A program made the translations under genes and the position numbers. A DNA stretch of 63,878 nucleotides, counting the filler, from Octopus bimaculoides (Eukaryota), in NCBI RefSeq assembly GCF_001194135.2. It is 7 parts of 6 records of this genome, joined end to end, with 100 filler letters (N's around TTAATTAATTAA, not from the genome) between each part and the next. Parts side by side here need not be neighbours in the genome. Positions count along the whole stretch, not along the records: positions 16,919 to 44,864 come from NC_068996.1; positions 44,965 to 55,769 come from NC_068998.1; 5 more parts are not named here. One strand, given 5' to 3'. Positions 42,407 through 52,915 of the stretch are shown here, piece after piece. Numbering within the stretch: the stretch's first letter is position 1; each line of letters starts with the position of its first letter. Under the pieces are notes generated by a model that was not told the DNA's origin, did not search any database, and worked only from the letters and a program-made list of their open reading frames with translations.

Positions 42407-43285
42407 ATACTTGATAGATAGTTGACTGTACATGGATTTTCATGGAGTTCTAAGCATCAGTTAAGTGTTATGCTGTCTCATATGAAATAGCAGAACTTAC
42501 GTTTTTTGGTTATGTTATAACTCAGTCCACTGTTTATTAAAAAATAGAATTTGTGTTACTTTGTATGAAATATATCTGGCAACCACTGTAAAGTGGTTGG
42601 CATTTGGAAGGGCACCCAGCCGTAAAAACAATGCCAGAAGTGACCTCGCCTGCACTTGTGCCACATAAAAAAGCATTCTGTCCATTGTACTGGGTGGTTG
42701 GTGTTAGGAAGAGCATCCAGCTGTAAAAACCATGCCAAAATAAACACAGACGTCTGGTGCAGGTTCCTGTCTGGCCAGCTCCTGTCAAACCATCCGACCC
42801 ATACTAGCATGGAAGGGGGACATTAAAAGCTGATGATGACAATGATGATGATGAACTCTGGTTTGCTTTTATTTCTTCTACCAACTTTCAAGTCCAAATA
42901 TATTAAGACATGTATGTATAAGAGTGTTCTCTGATTGGCAGTTAACCAAAGAAGCTGTTGAAGTGCTTCTCTATAAATCCTGTAGAGCTAGTTTGAGGTG
43001 CTAATTTATTTATTTATTTTTTTTGCATTGACACGAAGAATGTAATTTTAACTGTCAAACAATATGTGACTGACCTGACTTATGATTGTTGGGTGTCATT
43101 TAAAACTTTGAAACCTTTATTCAATATTTCTTTCAACACATGTTCATGTACAATTAGACAAGGATGGCTGCACAAAAATTTTTAGGTTTGTTTTTTTTTG
43201 TAATCATGGTTACCACATATGCTCATATACATACATGTATATATATGTGCGTGTGTATACATGTATGCGTGTGTGTATGTGTGTA

Positions 43286-43331
<46 letters not shown>

Positions 43332-43731
43332 TGTGTATGTGTATATGTGCGTGTGTATATATGTATAGGTGTATGAGTATATATTTATAAGATTTATTTA
43401 TGGTGTATACCATTACACCATAAATAACCTACTACATGATTTGGGCAAGTGTCTTCTGCTATATCATGGGGCTGGCCGATGCCTTGTGAGTGGATTTGGT
43501 AGACACAAACTGAAAAAAGTCCATGTGTTTGTGTTCGTACCTACCACCATTTGGCAACCAGTGTTGGTTTGTTTATGTCTCCATAACTTAGTGGTTTGGG
43601 AAAAAGAGACCTGTACAGTAAGTACCAGGCTTGGGGGGGGGGGCGTAAAAAAAAGTACTGAAGTTTATTTGTTCAGCAAAATCCTTCAAGGTGGTGTTAC
43701 TGCATGACAGTAAAAAGTAGGATATTTATAA

Positions 43732-43784
<53 letters not shown>

Positions 43785-43788
43785 TATA

Positions 43789-44380
43789 CATGATTTGATC
43801 AGTAAGTGTCCAGACTGTTGCTACAGTAATGAAGCTCAAGCACGCAGAGTGAAGCTGTTTGGCACAGATTGACCTTGAACTCTGCTGTGCATGTGCACTA
43901 AGTTTTAACCTTCTTGCTCACTTCTGCTGTTTACAGCAGTGTTTGGAAGGAAGGTGTCTATCATGTGATCATTGCATTGACAATGACAGAGAAAGTTGAG
44001 CAGAGAATCTGCATCTAATTTTTCCCAAAATCTTGGCGATACCTGCTCAGAGGACTACTCAATGTTTTCAAGAAGTTTTCATTGTTCTCGACACAATCAA
44101 GGAGATCTTGTGCAACTGAAACCCGATTGTCTTTTTGGTCAGCTGAAAGCAATTTTGACACAAACTTGGCAGACATGCGTCTCATACCCAAATCTTCAGT
44201 GACAATGGACTCAACTGAACCATAAGTAGTCTGCACATCCTCTGATAACTCACGGATGGTGATTCAACGATTTCCTCTCACAGCTGCATGCACAGCTGCA
44301 ATGTTTTTTCTCAGTTCTGCTGGTTGCGGTTCTCCTAGAATGTTTGTCAGAATCGACATTTTTCAGCCATCTTGGAAACG
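43789..44380. mobile_element. Mariner relic with internal inversion
   Basis: The + strand has a TIR and MTEKVEQRICI*FSQNLGDTCSE (43983-44065). The - strand has DSDKHSRRTATSRT...ITIRELSEDV...EDLGMRRMSAKFVSKLLSADQK (44380-44066). Confidence 0.8.
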
Positions 44381-44965
44381 TGAGCCTCATGAGTGGATTT
44401 GGTAGACAAAAACTGAAAGAAGGCCATTATATATACACATACACACATATGTGTGTGTGTCTCTGTTTGTTCCCCCCCCCCTACCAACGCTTGACAACCA
44501 ATGTTGATGTGTTTAAGTCCCCATAACTTAGCAGTTCAGCAAAAGAGACTGATAGAATAAGTACCAGGCTTACAAAGAATAAGTCCTGGAGGTTGATTTC
44601 TTTGACTAAAAACCCTTTAAAGCAGTGCTCCAGCATAGCCACAGTTAAATGATTGAAACAAGTAAAAGAATATATAGGAGCAGTTGTGTGGTAAGTAACT
44701 TGCTACCAGCTACATGGTTCCAGGTTCAGTCCCACTGTATGGCACCATGGGCAAATGTCTACTATAGCATCGGGTTGACCAAAGCCTTATGAGTGGATTT
44801 TGGTAGACAGAAACTGAAAGAAGCCCGTTGTGTGTGTATATTATATATATATATATATATATATNNNNNNNNNNNNNNNNNNNNNNNNNNNNNNNNNNNN
44901 NNNNNNNNTTAATTAATTAANNNNNNNNNNNNNNNNNNNNNNNNNNNNNNNNNNNNNNNNNNNNT

Positions 44966-46190
44966 TCAGTGTTATATGTGTTGGTGATTTTGCCCCTTAG
45001 TCTAATTAAAACCACGTCATATCACGTCGGTTCGTCATCGATCTCCATGCTAGATTTAAGGTATCTCTAGTGTATTTGGAAATTTATTGCAAGATGAATG
45101 ATAAAGGATTTGGAAGAGCAACTCGTGTCTGAAAAAATACTATTTCAAATTTGGCAAGCTTTTGCGGAAAATTTTCTGATGTTGTAACAAATCTATGGAG
45201 AGAGCTACATGAACTGTTCACAAGGCGGCAAACTGGCAGAATTGTTAGCACGTCAGGCAAAATGCTTAGCGGCATTTTGTCTATCTTTTCTAAGGAAGTC
45301 AAATCACTAAGTGCATGATTTTAAAAGCGAAATTGCAAATGCGTGGTGCTGCCGCAAAAGGAAAAGTGTGAGCAAAAGGAGAACCGAGTTACAGTCAGTC
45401 AGGAGTTATTTGATCGTTCGAATACTGATTGAAACTTTGTAGAAAGTATCATAAGATGTAATGAAATGTTGATGTATGACTTCTACGTCGAAACAAAAGG
45501 GCAGTTGTCATAGTATATTGGATAATTGTCGCTGAGACCAACAAAAATCGTGCCAAAGACACTGAAATGTGAAAGTGGTCGACTGTTTTTTTTTTTTTAA
45601 TGGAAGGACGTTCATGATGAATTTCTTTACATCAATGGTTCTTAACCGGGGCCACGTAAAGTTTTGCTGTTAAGTTTATGAGCAATAAATTGGTTATACT
45701 TCTATAATACATAAAATATTTTAACAAATCCTTAATAATATTTGATTATAAAAATATAATGGGGCTTTTTTAAACATTGAATGTTTGTTAGGGACCAGTA
45801 GAGTAAAGAGGCCCGTAGGCAAAAAATGGTCGGGAACCACTACTTTAGATGATTAATAAAGAGTTTTATTTGAATGTCAAAAGCTTTTTAATGAGAGCGT
45901 AGGCAGAAAGAGATCTGAGACATGGAGAAACAAAATCTAGATGTTGCACCATGAAAACACATCTGTTCATGCGTCATTTATATCTGTGGTGTTATGGTAG
46001 GTCACGAGATGATTCTCCTTCCCTAGCCAGACTTGGTAACTGGGGAAATTTGTTCTGTTCCCCCGAAGTTGATATCCAGCCTGAGATAACGCCGAATTCA
46101 GACAACAAAAGAACTCGAACATTCGTAATGAGAACTGCACTATACACATAAAATTACGTTCCAGTAGACATTCAAAAATAGTAGATAACA
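44966..46190 (+). mobile_element. Decayed mariner transposase, interrupted by a SINE fragment and a hAT MITE
   Basis: Successive degenerate segments: N-terminus (EQ.V.LK...KLGK.F), ENRVTVSQELFDRS...FYVETKGQ, VHDEF, INKEFYLNV...RKRSETWRNKI*MLHHENTSVH and a PDL-like/FPKL-like segment near 46020-46075. Confidence 0.7.
45633..45842. mobile_element. hAT (Charlie-like) MITE, 210 bp
   Basis: TIRs CAATGGTTCTTAACC and GGTCGGGAACCACTA. 8-bp TSD CTTTACAT (45625-32) / CTTTAGAT (45843-50). Confidence 0.8.
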
Positions 46191-46279
46191 AAAACATTAG
46201 AAACTGTGTATTTATGGCGGAGAAAAATTTGATTCAACAATAAGTAAAGCAGTAACTTAGTTTTTTTTTTTGAGAAAGA

Positions 46280-46470
46280 CGTGTTTTTTTTTTCTTTTTT
46301 GATAGACCTCATGCTTGTAGCCTGGTCTAGAAGTTCTGCATTGTGGTAGCACAATGTCTTGTGGTATTAAAACAATTTCCTGACAAAAAGCAACCTTATC
46401 TGCTGTGTGTGGTGCGGTTTGTTGACGAACAATTTCCTTTATGGTCATCCAAAAAGAAATAATCACAAAC
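46280..46470 (-). mobile_element. Highly decayed Tc1/mariner-superfamily catalytic fragment
   Basis: Reads RQQTAPHTADKVAFCQE...PQDI..PQ, resembling the FQQD.AP.HTA...WP...SPDLNP region. Confidence 0.35.
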
Positions 46471-46665
46471 CGAAAGGTCAGAAGATTGAGCAAATTATGC
46501 CATGTCACTGTATCATAAACAGATTTACATACATATCGAGAGAGAGAAATGTATAAAGGGAGAGAAAGAGGGAGAGAAAGAGAGAGAGAAATAGATAGAT
46601 TACAAGGCAATGTTTACTACCAAAATTTGTATTTGTGTGTTATGTGTATATAAGTATATATGTGT

Positions 46666-46945
46666 GTGACCGATATCCAGACGACAGTGGAGAAGGCTAG
46701 CCACTGGATTTGGTTAAAAAGAGACTATGAGCGATGGCTAGAGAAATATTGAGCTATATTTAATAACCAGATGATCTAGCAAGTGGGGCCTCATATCAGT
46801 GAGGGGGCCGGTGCGCATTGATGCCGTCGAGAGGTAGGCCCCGAAACGGCGCGCATTCTCTCCTGATGACCCTATACACTTGCTAGCTTCCGGTATGCGG
46901 AGTTCTCGACTGGTAGCACTTGCATGTGCAAGTTGTTTGCGAGAC
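46666..46945 (+). mobile_element. 3' end of an RLE-type non-LTR retrotransposon (Hero/R2-group-like), 5'-truncated
   Basis: Frame reads VTDIQTTVEKASHWIWLKRDYERWLEKY* (stop 46750-52), resembling the EKAS.W.WLKR terminus I associate with Hero-like LINEs. Followed by a structured GC-rich 3' UTR and a (TA)n tail. Clade assignment is from recall. Confidence 0.55.
46811..46878 (+). ncRNA. Candidate hammerhead ribozyme, non-circularly permuted (swapped-strand) topology
   Basis: GCCGU-C at 46823-28, then stem I GAGAG (46829-33). GAAA-CGGC at 46843-50. CUCUC-CUGAUGA at 46858-69. Stem II is imperfect (UAGG/CCUA). Enclosed by a perfect 10-bp helix (46776-85 with 46877-86). Confidence 0.6.
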
Positions 46946-48055
46946 ATTTATATATATATATACATACTTTATATATATATATATATATNNNNNNNNNNNN
47001 NNNNNNNNNNNNNNNNNNNNNNNNNNNNNNNNNNNNNNNNNNNNNNNNNNNNNNNNNNNNNNNNNNNNNNNNNNNNNNNNNNNNCATATACATATATATA
47101 AATGCATGTAAGTATATATTATGTATACGTGCGTACATGTGTACGTATGTGTATTTTTATCTATCTACACTCACTCTCATACATCTTCACGGTTGCACGT
47201 GAGTGAGTGTGTACATATGTGTGTGCGTGTGAATGTGTAACTGAAAGCTGAGTACACCTCATAGACGTTAAAAAGGAGTGCGAATGTGTGAGTCCCGGAA
47301 AACCTGATTGCGTTGATGGCTATTACGTCTATTGAACACACACTTTGATTTGCAGCTAACCATCAGCCCCGTACACTTATGCAACCAACTCTTAATATTG
47401 ACGTGTCAAGCGGAGGTTAAGTGGAGATGGCCACTTACTTCACATCCGAGACAACTGGACAACCTGGGTTTCGGGGTTCCCCAAAGGTCTCATACATCAC
47501 TGTGCAAGCCACTTTCACTTTTGAAATCTCCTCGTTACATAGGAGCTTCAACATCAAATATGCTTTTCTAGCCTGAGCCACGCTAGAAGTCTACTGGCTG
47601 CCACCTTCTGGGAGGCGGGGACTTACTGGATAGCCATGTTTGTATAGCTGTTTTTATGTTTCTCATATTCGTTTTACATATTCCATCAGCTCAACAATCT
47701 TTTTGGACAATTGTGAAATTGAGGAGTATGTATAGGTATTGCTGTTTCTGTTGTTGTTGCTGTTACTGTTGCAGATGCTGTTGCAGTTGTTGTTCTTGTT
47801 GTTGTTGTTATCGTCGTTGTTGTTGCTGTTGTTGTTGCAGCTACAGTGTCGACTGAAGTACAAGTTCATACTGTCTTGGCTCTATTTGGGAAGAAGCCTT
47901 AGGTGGTTGGTGTTATCACATGCTTGGAAACTACACCTTCTATTATCTCCCATACCGTTCAGTTGTGTGCCGTTTGACAATTTTATTTCGTATTGAATGT
48001 TTTCTGTTTCAAGTAATGTTATATAAATGATAAAATTGTTTAATTTATATCGCAG

Positions 48056-48201
48056 CTGGAGGCATTCGTGGCTTCACAAGGAGACTTGGGGTCATCAAAA
48101 AGAGCCTATCAGCAAGCAATAGAAGAGACTAAGACCAACATCAAGTGGATGAAGAAGAACTTTAAGCCAGTAAAAGAATGGTTGAAGAACACAAATACCA
48201 G
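48056..48201 (+). CDS. M1 aminopeptidase (aminopeptidase N-like) exon encoding the C-terminal helix of an ERAP1_C-type domain
   Basis: Acceptor cgcAG at 48054-55. Reads LEAFVASQGDLGSSKRAYQQAIEETKTNIKWMKKNFKPVKEWLKNTNT plus 2 nt (ag), which resembles the APN C-terminus (QA.E.TK.NIKW...N...V..W). Donor AG|GTAATT at 48202, phase 2. Confidence 0.85.
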
Positions 48202-48656
48202 GTAATTCATACACGTGTCCTTACGCATCAATACTAGAAAATGTGGGAACCTCTGTGTAATTGTCGTAACAGCTAGAAATAACAGCTAAATCTACTTATA
48301 GCCTATCATTTAAATGTGTGTGTGTGTGTGTGTCTATCTCTATGCCTAAGCGAAATATCAAAATAAACACATGCATTCATACATACATACATACATACAT
48401 ATATAGGCGGGTAAGTGGTGTTGACAAGCCACAAAAATGGCGAAACATACGGTGTCCATTACTCCCAAATGGGATTGAAGGTGAGTTATCTCGCCCGTCC
48501 ATGTCTCAGGTGTATTACACCCAGCGGTTTGAGAGTATAGATACTCCGCCAATCTATTGCATTCACCGGAAAATACACAAAACATATACATTAGTATATG
48601 TATTTAATAATGTGTGTGTGTGTGTAAATGTGAATGTGTGTGTGTATGTATGTGTG

Positions 48657-48696
<40 letters not shown>

Positions 48697-49123
48697 NNNN
48701 NNNNNNNNNNNNNNNNNNNNNNNNNNNNNNNNNNNNNNNNNNNNNNNNNNNNNNNNNNNNNNNNNNNNNNNNNNNNNNNNNNNNNNNNNNNNNNNNNNNN
48801 NNNNNNNNNNNNNNNNNNNNNNNNNNNNNNNNNNNNNNNNNNNNNNNNNNNNNNNNNNNNNNNNNNNNNNNNNNNNNNNNNNNNNNNNNNNNNNNNNNNN
48901 NNNNNNNNNNNNNNNNNNNNNNNNNNNNNNNNNNNNNNNNNNNNNNNNNNNNNNNNNNNNNNNNNNNNNNNNNNNNNNNNNNNNNNNNNNNNNNNNNNNN
49001 NNNNNNNNNNNNNNNNNNNNNNNNNNNNNNNAAAGAGAAATAAGAATGGAAGAGAGCACATGCACACACACACAAACATACATTATGTATACATATATAT
49101 ATATGCATACATACATACATATA

Positions 49124-49156
<33 letters not shown>

Positions 49157-49247
49157 CATTATTATTATTATTATTATCATTATTATTACTATTATTATTA
49201 TTATTATTATTATTATCATTATTATTATTATTATTATTATTATCTAA

Positions 49248-49404
49248 AGGTCACAATACATGTATTAAAGCCCTACTAACACATTCTTCCGGCGCAAACC
49301 ACATATCATAACATTATGACATGTGGTTTGGCCTGAAGAATATGTTTGGGTTCTCTCAACATATGAAACTATTTGTAGCGTTTAGAAACAATGTATTGTG
49401 ACCT
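49248..49404. mobile_element. Foldback MITE (Kolobok-like: AG..CT ends, CTAA/TTAA flanks)
   Basis: TIRs AGGTCACAATACA and TGTATTGTGACCT, with an inner palindrome caaaccacat-tcataa / ttatga-atgtggtttg. The superfamily assignment is tentative. Confidence 0.65.
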
Positions 49405-49470
49405 TTAAATAATAATATTTATCTCTCACCAGATAGAGTACTTTTTGCTGAAGTTTAACACATTGGAAGC

Positions 49471-49501
<31 letters not shown>

Positions 49502-49803
49502 CTTGGGCCTAAGACATCTGGTGACTTCGACAAACAAACTTACGTCCATGAAATTTCATAGTGGAACTAAGTTGAACTGTTGTTAACATGTGAATGTGTG
49601 TGCGCATGCGTGCATTCGTACCTCAGATATTGCGACAGCTGAATAGCTGAACATGTTAGTTTACTTGACCTCTGTTTCAGAGCGAATTATTGTATTATCT
49701 TGAACAAGGGCCTTTAACTATTCTGTAATTTGTAATCTATGTTAAACAGTTTCAAACGTCTCTATTTATTTACTTAACGTCTGTTTATGCACGTATTTTC
49801 CAG

Positions 49804-50008
49804 AAAAATAAAACAGTCCGTTGATGTGAGGTTACCCAAGTCCCTTGTTCCTCAGGTGTACAATCTGGAAATGAAGCCAAATATTTACTCTGGTAATCCT
49901 TCAAACTTCACATTCCAAGGGAAGGTTGACATCCGATTCTTATGCCAGAATTCAACTAGCAACGTCACCTTACATATCGTCAAACTGGAAATCCTCGGCA
50001 GTATCACT
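49804..50008 (+). CDS. M1 aminopeptidase N-like exon, start of the N-terminal domain
   Basis: Acceptor ttttccAG at 49802-03, phase 2. Reads KIKQSVDVRLPKSLVPQVYNLEMKPNIYSGNPSNFTFQGKVDIRFLCQNSTSNVTLHIVKLEILGSIT, with the M1 motifs RLP..P..Y.L and F.G.V.I and LH. Donor act|GTGAGT at 50009, phase 0. Confidence 0.93.
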
Positions 50009-50173
50009 GTGAGTCATTTTCGTGCGTTCAATATTCGTAAATTGTTTTTTTTGACTTGTTTCAGGCGCTGGACTGCAGCCATGCTGCTGCAGCGCCTTAA
50101 GGGGCTTTTAGTCAAACAAATGCAAATTGACCCTAATAGTTACCCTTTTTAAGTTTGGTACTTATTCTATCGG

Positions 50174-50433
50174 TGGAGGCGCGTGGCTTAGTGGTTAGGG
50201 TGTCAGCATCATGATCGCAAGATTGTGGTTTCGATTCCTGGACCGGGCGACGCGTTGTGTTCTTGAGCAAAACACTTCATTTCACGTTGCTCCAGTCCCC
50301 TCAGCTGGCAAAATTGAGTAACACTGCGATGGACTGGCGTCCCGTCCAGCTGGGGAACACATGCGCCATAGAAACCTGGAAACAGGGGCCATGAGCTTGG
50401 CTAGGCTTCAAAAGGGCGCATTTATTATTTTTA
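50174..50433 (+). mobile_element. Young tRNA-headed SINE family C with 15-bp TSD
   Basis: A-box-like TGGCTTAGTGG and B-box-like GGTTTCGATTCC. TSD TACTTATTCTATCGG at 50159-73 and 50434-48. Confidence 0.9.
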
Positions 50434-50677
50434 TACTTATTCTATCGGGATGTTTTGCATGTATTTGTGTTTGTGTTGTCCCCAACCACCACCTGACAAA
50501 CCAGTGGTGGTTTGTTTACGCCTCCGTATCTTAGCTGGACGGCAAAAGGGACCGATAGAATAAGTACCAGACTTTTAAACAAGTACTAGGATTGATTTCT
50601 TTGACTAAACCCTTCCAGGAGGTGCTCCAGCATAGCCACTGTCAAATTACTGAGACAAGTAAAGGATAAAACATATA

Positions 50678-50880
50678 CGAGTGGGTGCTGAAAAGTTCCT
50701 GCCTTTAAGGGTCTTGCGAAAGGCCTGGTTGGAAACCAAGTCTTCCGAGTTCTTTTACAGGGCTTAGAAAAATTGAAGTATGTGAATCTGAGAGGGGGAA
50801 TATGTTGAATAAAATCATAATTAACTGATCTTCTTGTATTTTCTTTTACCGAAAACCAGGAACATTTCAGCACACTCTTG
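50678..50880. mobile_element. Mariner-type MITE, same family as 11458-11682, no telomeric array
   Basis: TA flanks and similar TIRs. Shared internal motifs gtgaatctgagagg and gtattttcttttacc. Confidence 0.75.
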
Positions 50881-50951
50881 TATATGAAACAGTTTTGCTT
50901 TTTATTTTCCGCCGAACTTAGGCTATTTTTGTATTGCTATTCTCGTAAAAC

Positions 50952-51023
50952 TATTGGTATTGAACAATTAATTGGAACGAGTGCTGTTATTGGTATTGAA
51001 CAATTAATTGGAACGAGTGCTAT
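50952..51023. repeat. 36-bp tandem duplication
   Basis: tattggtattgaacaattaattggaacgagtgct occurs twice in tandem. Confidence 0.9.
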
Positions 51024-51327
51024 TAATGCAAGTGAGACAGAGGACACTGTTTCANNNNNNNNNNNNNNNNNNNNNNNNNNNNNNNNNNNNNNNNNNNNNN
51101 NNNNNNNNNNNNNNNNNNNNNNNNNNNNNNNNNNNNNNNNNNNNNNNNNNNNNNNNNNNNNNNNNNNNNNNNNNNNNNNNNNNNNNNNNNNNNNNNNNNN
51201 NNNNNNNNNNNNNNNNNNNNNNNNNNNNNNNNNNNNNNNNNNNNNNNNNNNNNNNNNNNNNNNNNNNNNNNNNNNNNNNNNNNNNNNNNNNNNNNNNNNN
51301 NNNNNNNNNNNNNNNNNNNNNNNNNNN

Positions 51328-51370
<43 letters not shown>

Positions 51371-52110
51371 TTTACGTTCGTTTATGTGAAATGTTTTGTT
51401 TGAATATATATATAAAAGCTCCTATTATATTATTCCGGCTACAGCCTAATGATGCCAACTGGCAATACCAGTTTTTAGGGGTTGCACCAACATGTAATTT
51501 GTGGAAATGCACGTAGATATGCATTAAAATATAAATTCCATCCAAGGATTATTATTGTTATTAATGTGTGTGTCTGTCTGTGTTTTTCCCCACCACTGAT
51601 TGACAACCGGTGTACATGTGTTTATGTCCTCGTAACTTAGAGATTCGGCAAAAGAGACTGATAGGATAAGTACCAAGCTTAAGAAAAAAAATAAGCCTTA
51701 GGGTTGATTAGTTCGACCAAAATTCCTCAAGGCGGTGCCCCAACACGACAGCAGTCTAATGACTGTATCATGTAAAAAAAAAAGATTAAAATGATTCCAT
51801 GATATTTACAACGAAATTGAATTTAAAAATACATTTATATAATTGTCTAATCTTACCAATCTTCTCAATGTAACACCACTTCATGGCAAGGATACTTTTG
51901 GTTGAATTTACTCAATTGTAAACATTTGAACCAAGCCCTATCTCCTTCTCCAAGCTCTTTTTTCCAGCAAACATTGACCAGCAGATATTCAAGCTCAACA
52001 GTGGCTGCATCAATACAGGCTTTATTCATTTATTCATGATTAACTTGCGATAAGAAACTGTAATTGAAACAAAAATTAACCAACTCTTTTAAATATTTGT
52101 GTTGTTGTAG

Positions 52111-52310
52111 GTGAAAGAACTGGGGATAAACAAAGCTATTACAGTGAGAAACTTCGAAGAAAACAAAGAGAAAGAATTCCTCGTTGTTTACCTAAATGAA
52201 GAGTTGGAGGCTGGACATCGTTATAAAATAGTGATACAATTCAAAGGGTCACTCCTTCCCGATCTCAAGGGATTTTATTTCAGTTCCTATGAATATAATA
52301 ACGAAACAAT
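52111..52310 (+). CDS. M1 aminopeptidase N-like exon (N-terminal domain)
   Basis: Acceptor ttgtAG at 52109-10, phase 0. Reads VKELGINKAITVRNFEENKEKEFLVVYLNEELEAGHRYKIVIQFKGSLLPDLKGFYFSSYEYNNET plus at, containing the GFY.S.Y motif. Donor GTATGT at 52311, phase 2. Confidence 0.93.
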
Positions 52311-52336
52311 GTATGTAACATTCATTATGCATTCTT

Positions 52337-52433
<97 letters not shown>

Positions 52434-52915
52434 TTTGATAACATTTTGATTTAGCTCTGTACAACTTAAAGTTTCGTAGGCTCATAGATCGAACCTATCT
52501 CGTCAGGCATCTAGAGAAAAATATGACACATATTCAAGAGGGCTTCCAGATGATAGGCTTCCATTGATCAATTCAAGCTACATGGTGTTATTGGTCTGAA
52601 AGCAACATCAATTCCTTTCGATATTATTAGAAGGACCTGAATTGAACAATGGCGGCCTATCTATCATCAAGACGTTCTCTTGAATTTATTTTTCCTCTAT
52701 GTCTCTTTATTCTTCTTTGGAAACCTGACGAAATAGGTTCGTTCTAAGGCCCTATGAAACTTTAAATGGTATGGAGCTGAGTCAAACTGTTATTAAATCA
52801 TATATGTACTCCTACCAAATGAGTGCCACTTTTTTCTTTGACCGCTCACACATATATGTGTATACATGTATTTGTGTATATATGTGTATGTATGTGTGTG
52901 TGTGTGTGTGTATGT

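Noticed and set aside
47400-47640. Possible third swapped hammerhead or Hero-like 3' end on the minus strand (GAGAC/GTCTC, CCCCGAAACC, TSSWL.L-like frame)
   Set aside because: The CUGAUGA core is degenerate (GAUGUGA), stems II and III do not pair, and the peptide needs a frameshift. Too decayed to call.
50175-50250. tRNA gene
   Set aside because: It is a tRNA-like SINE head: it continues into a SINE body, has a TSD, and gives no complete cloverleaf.
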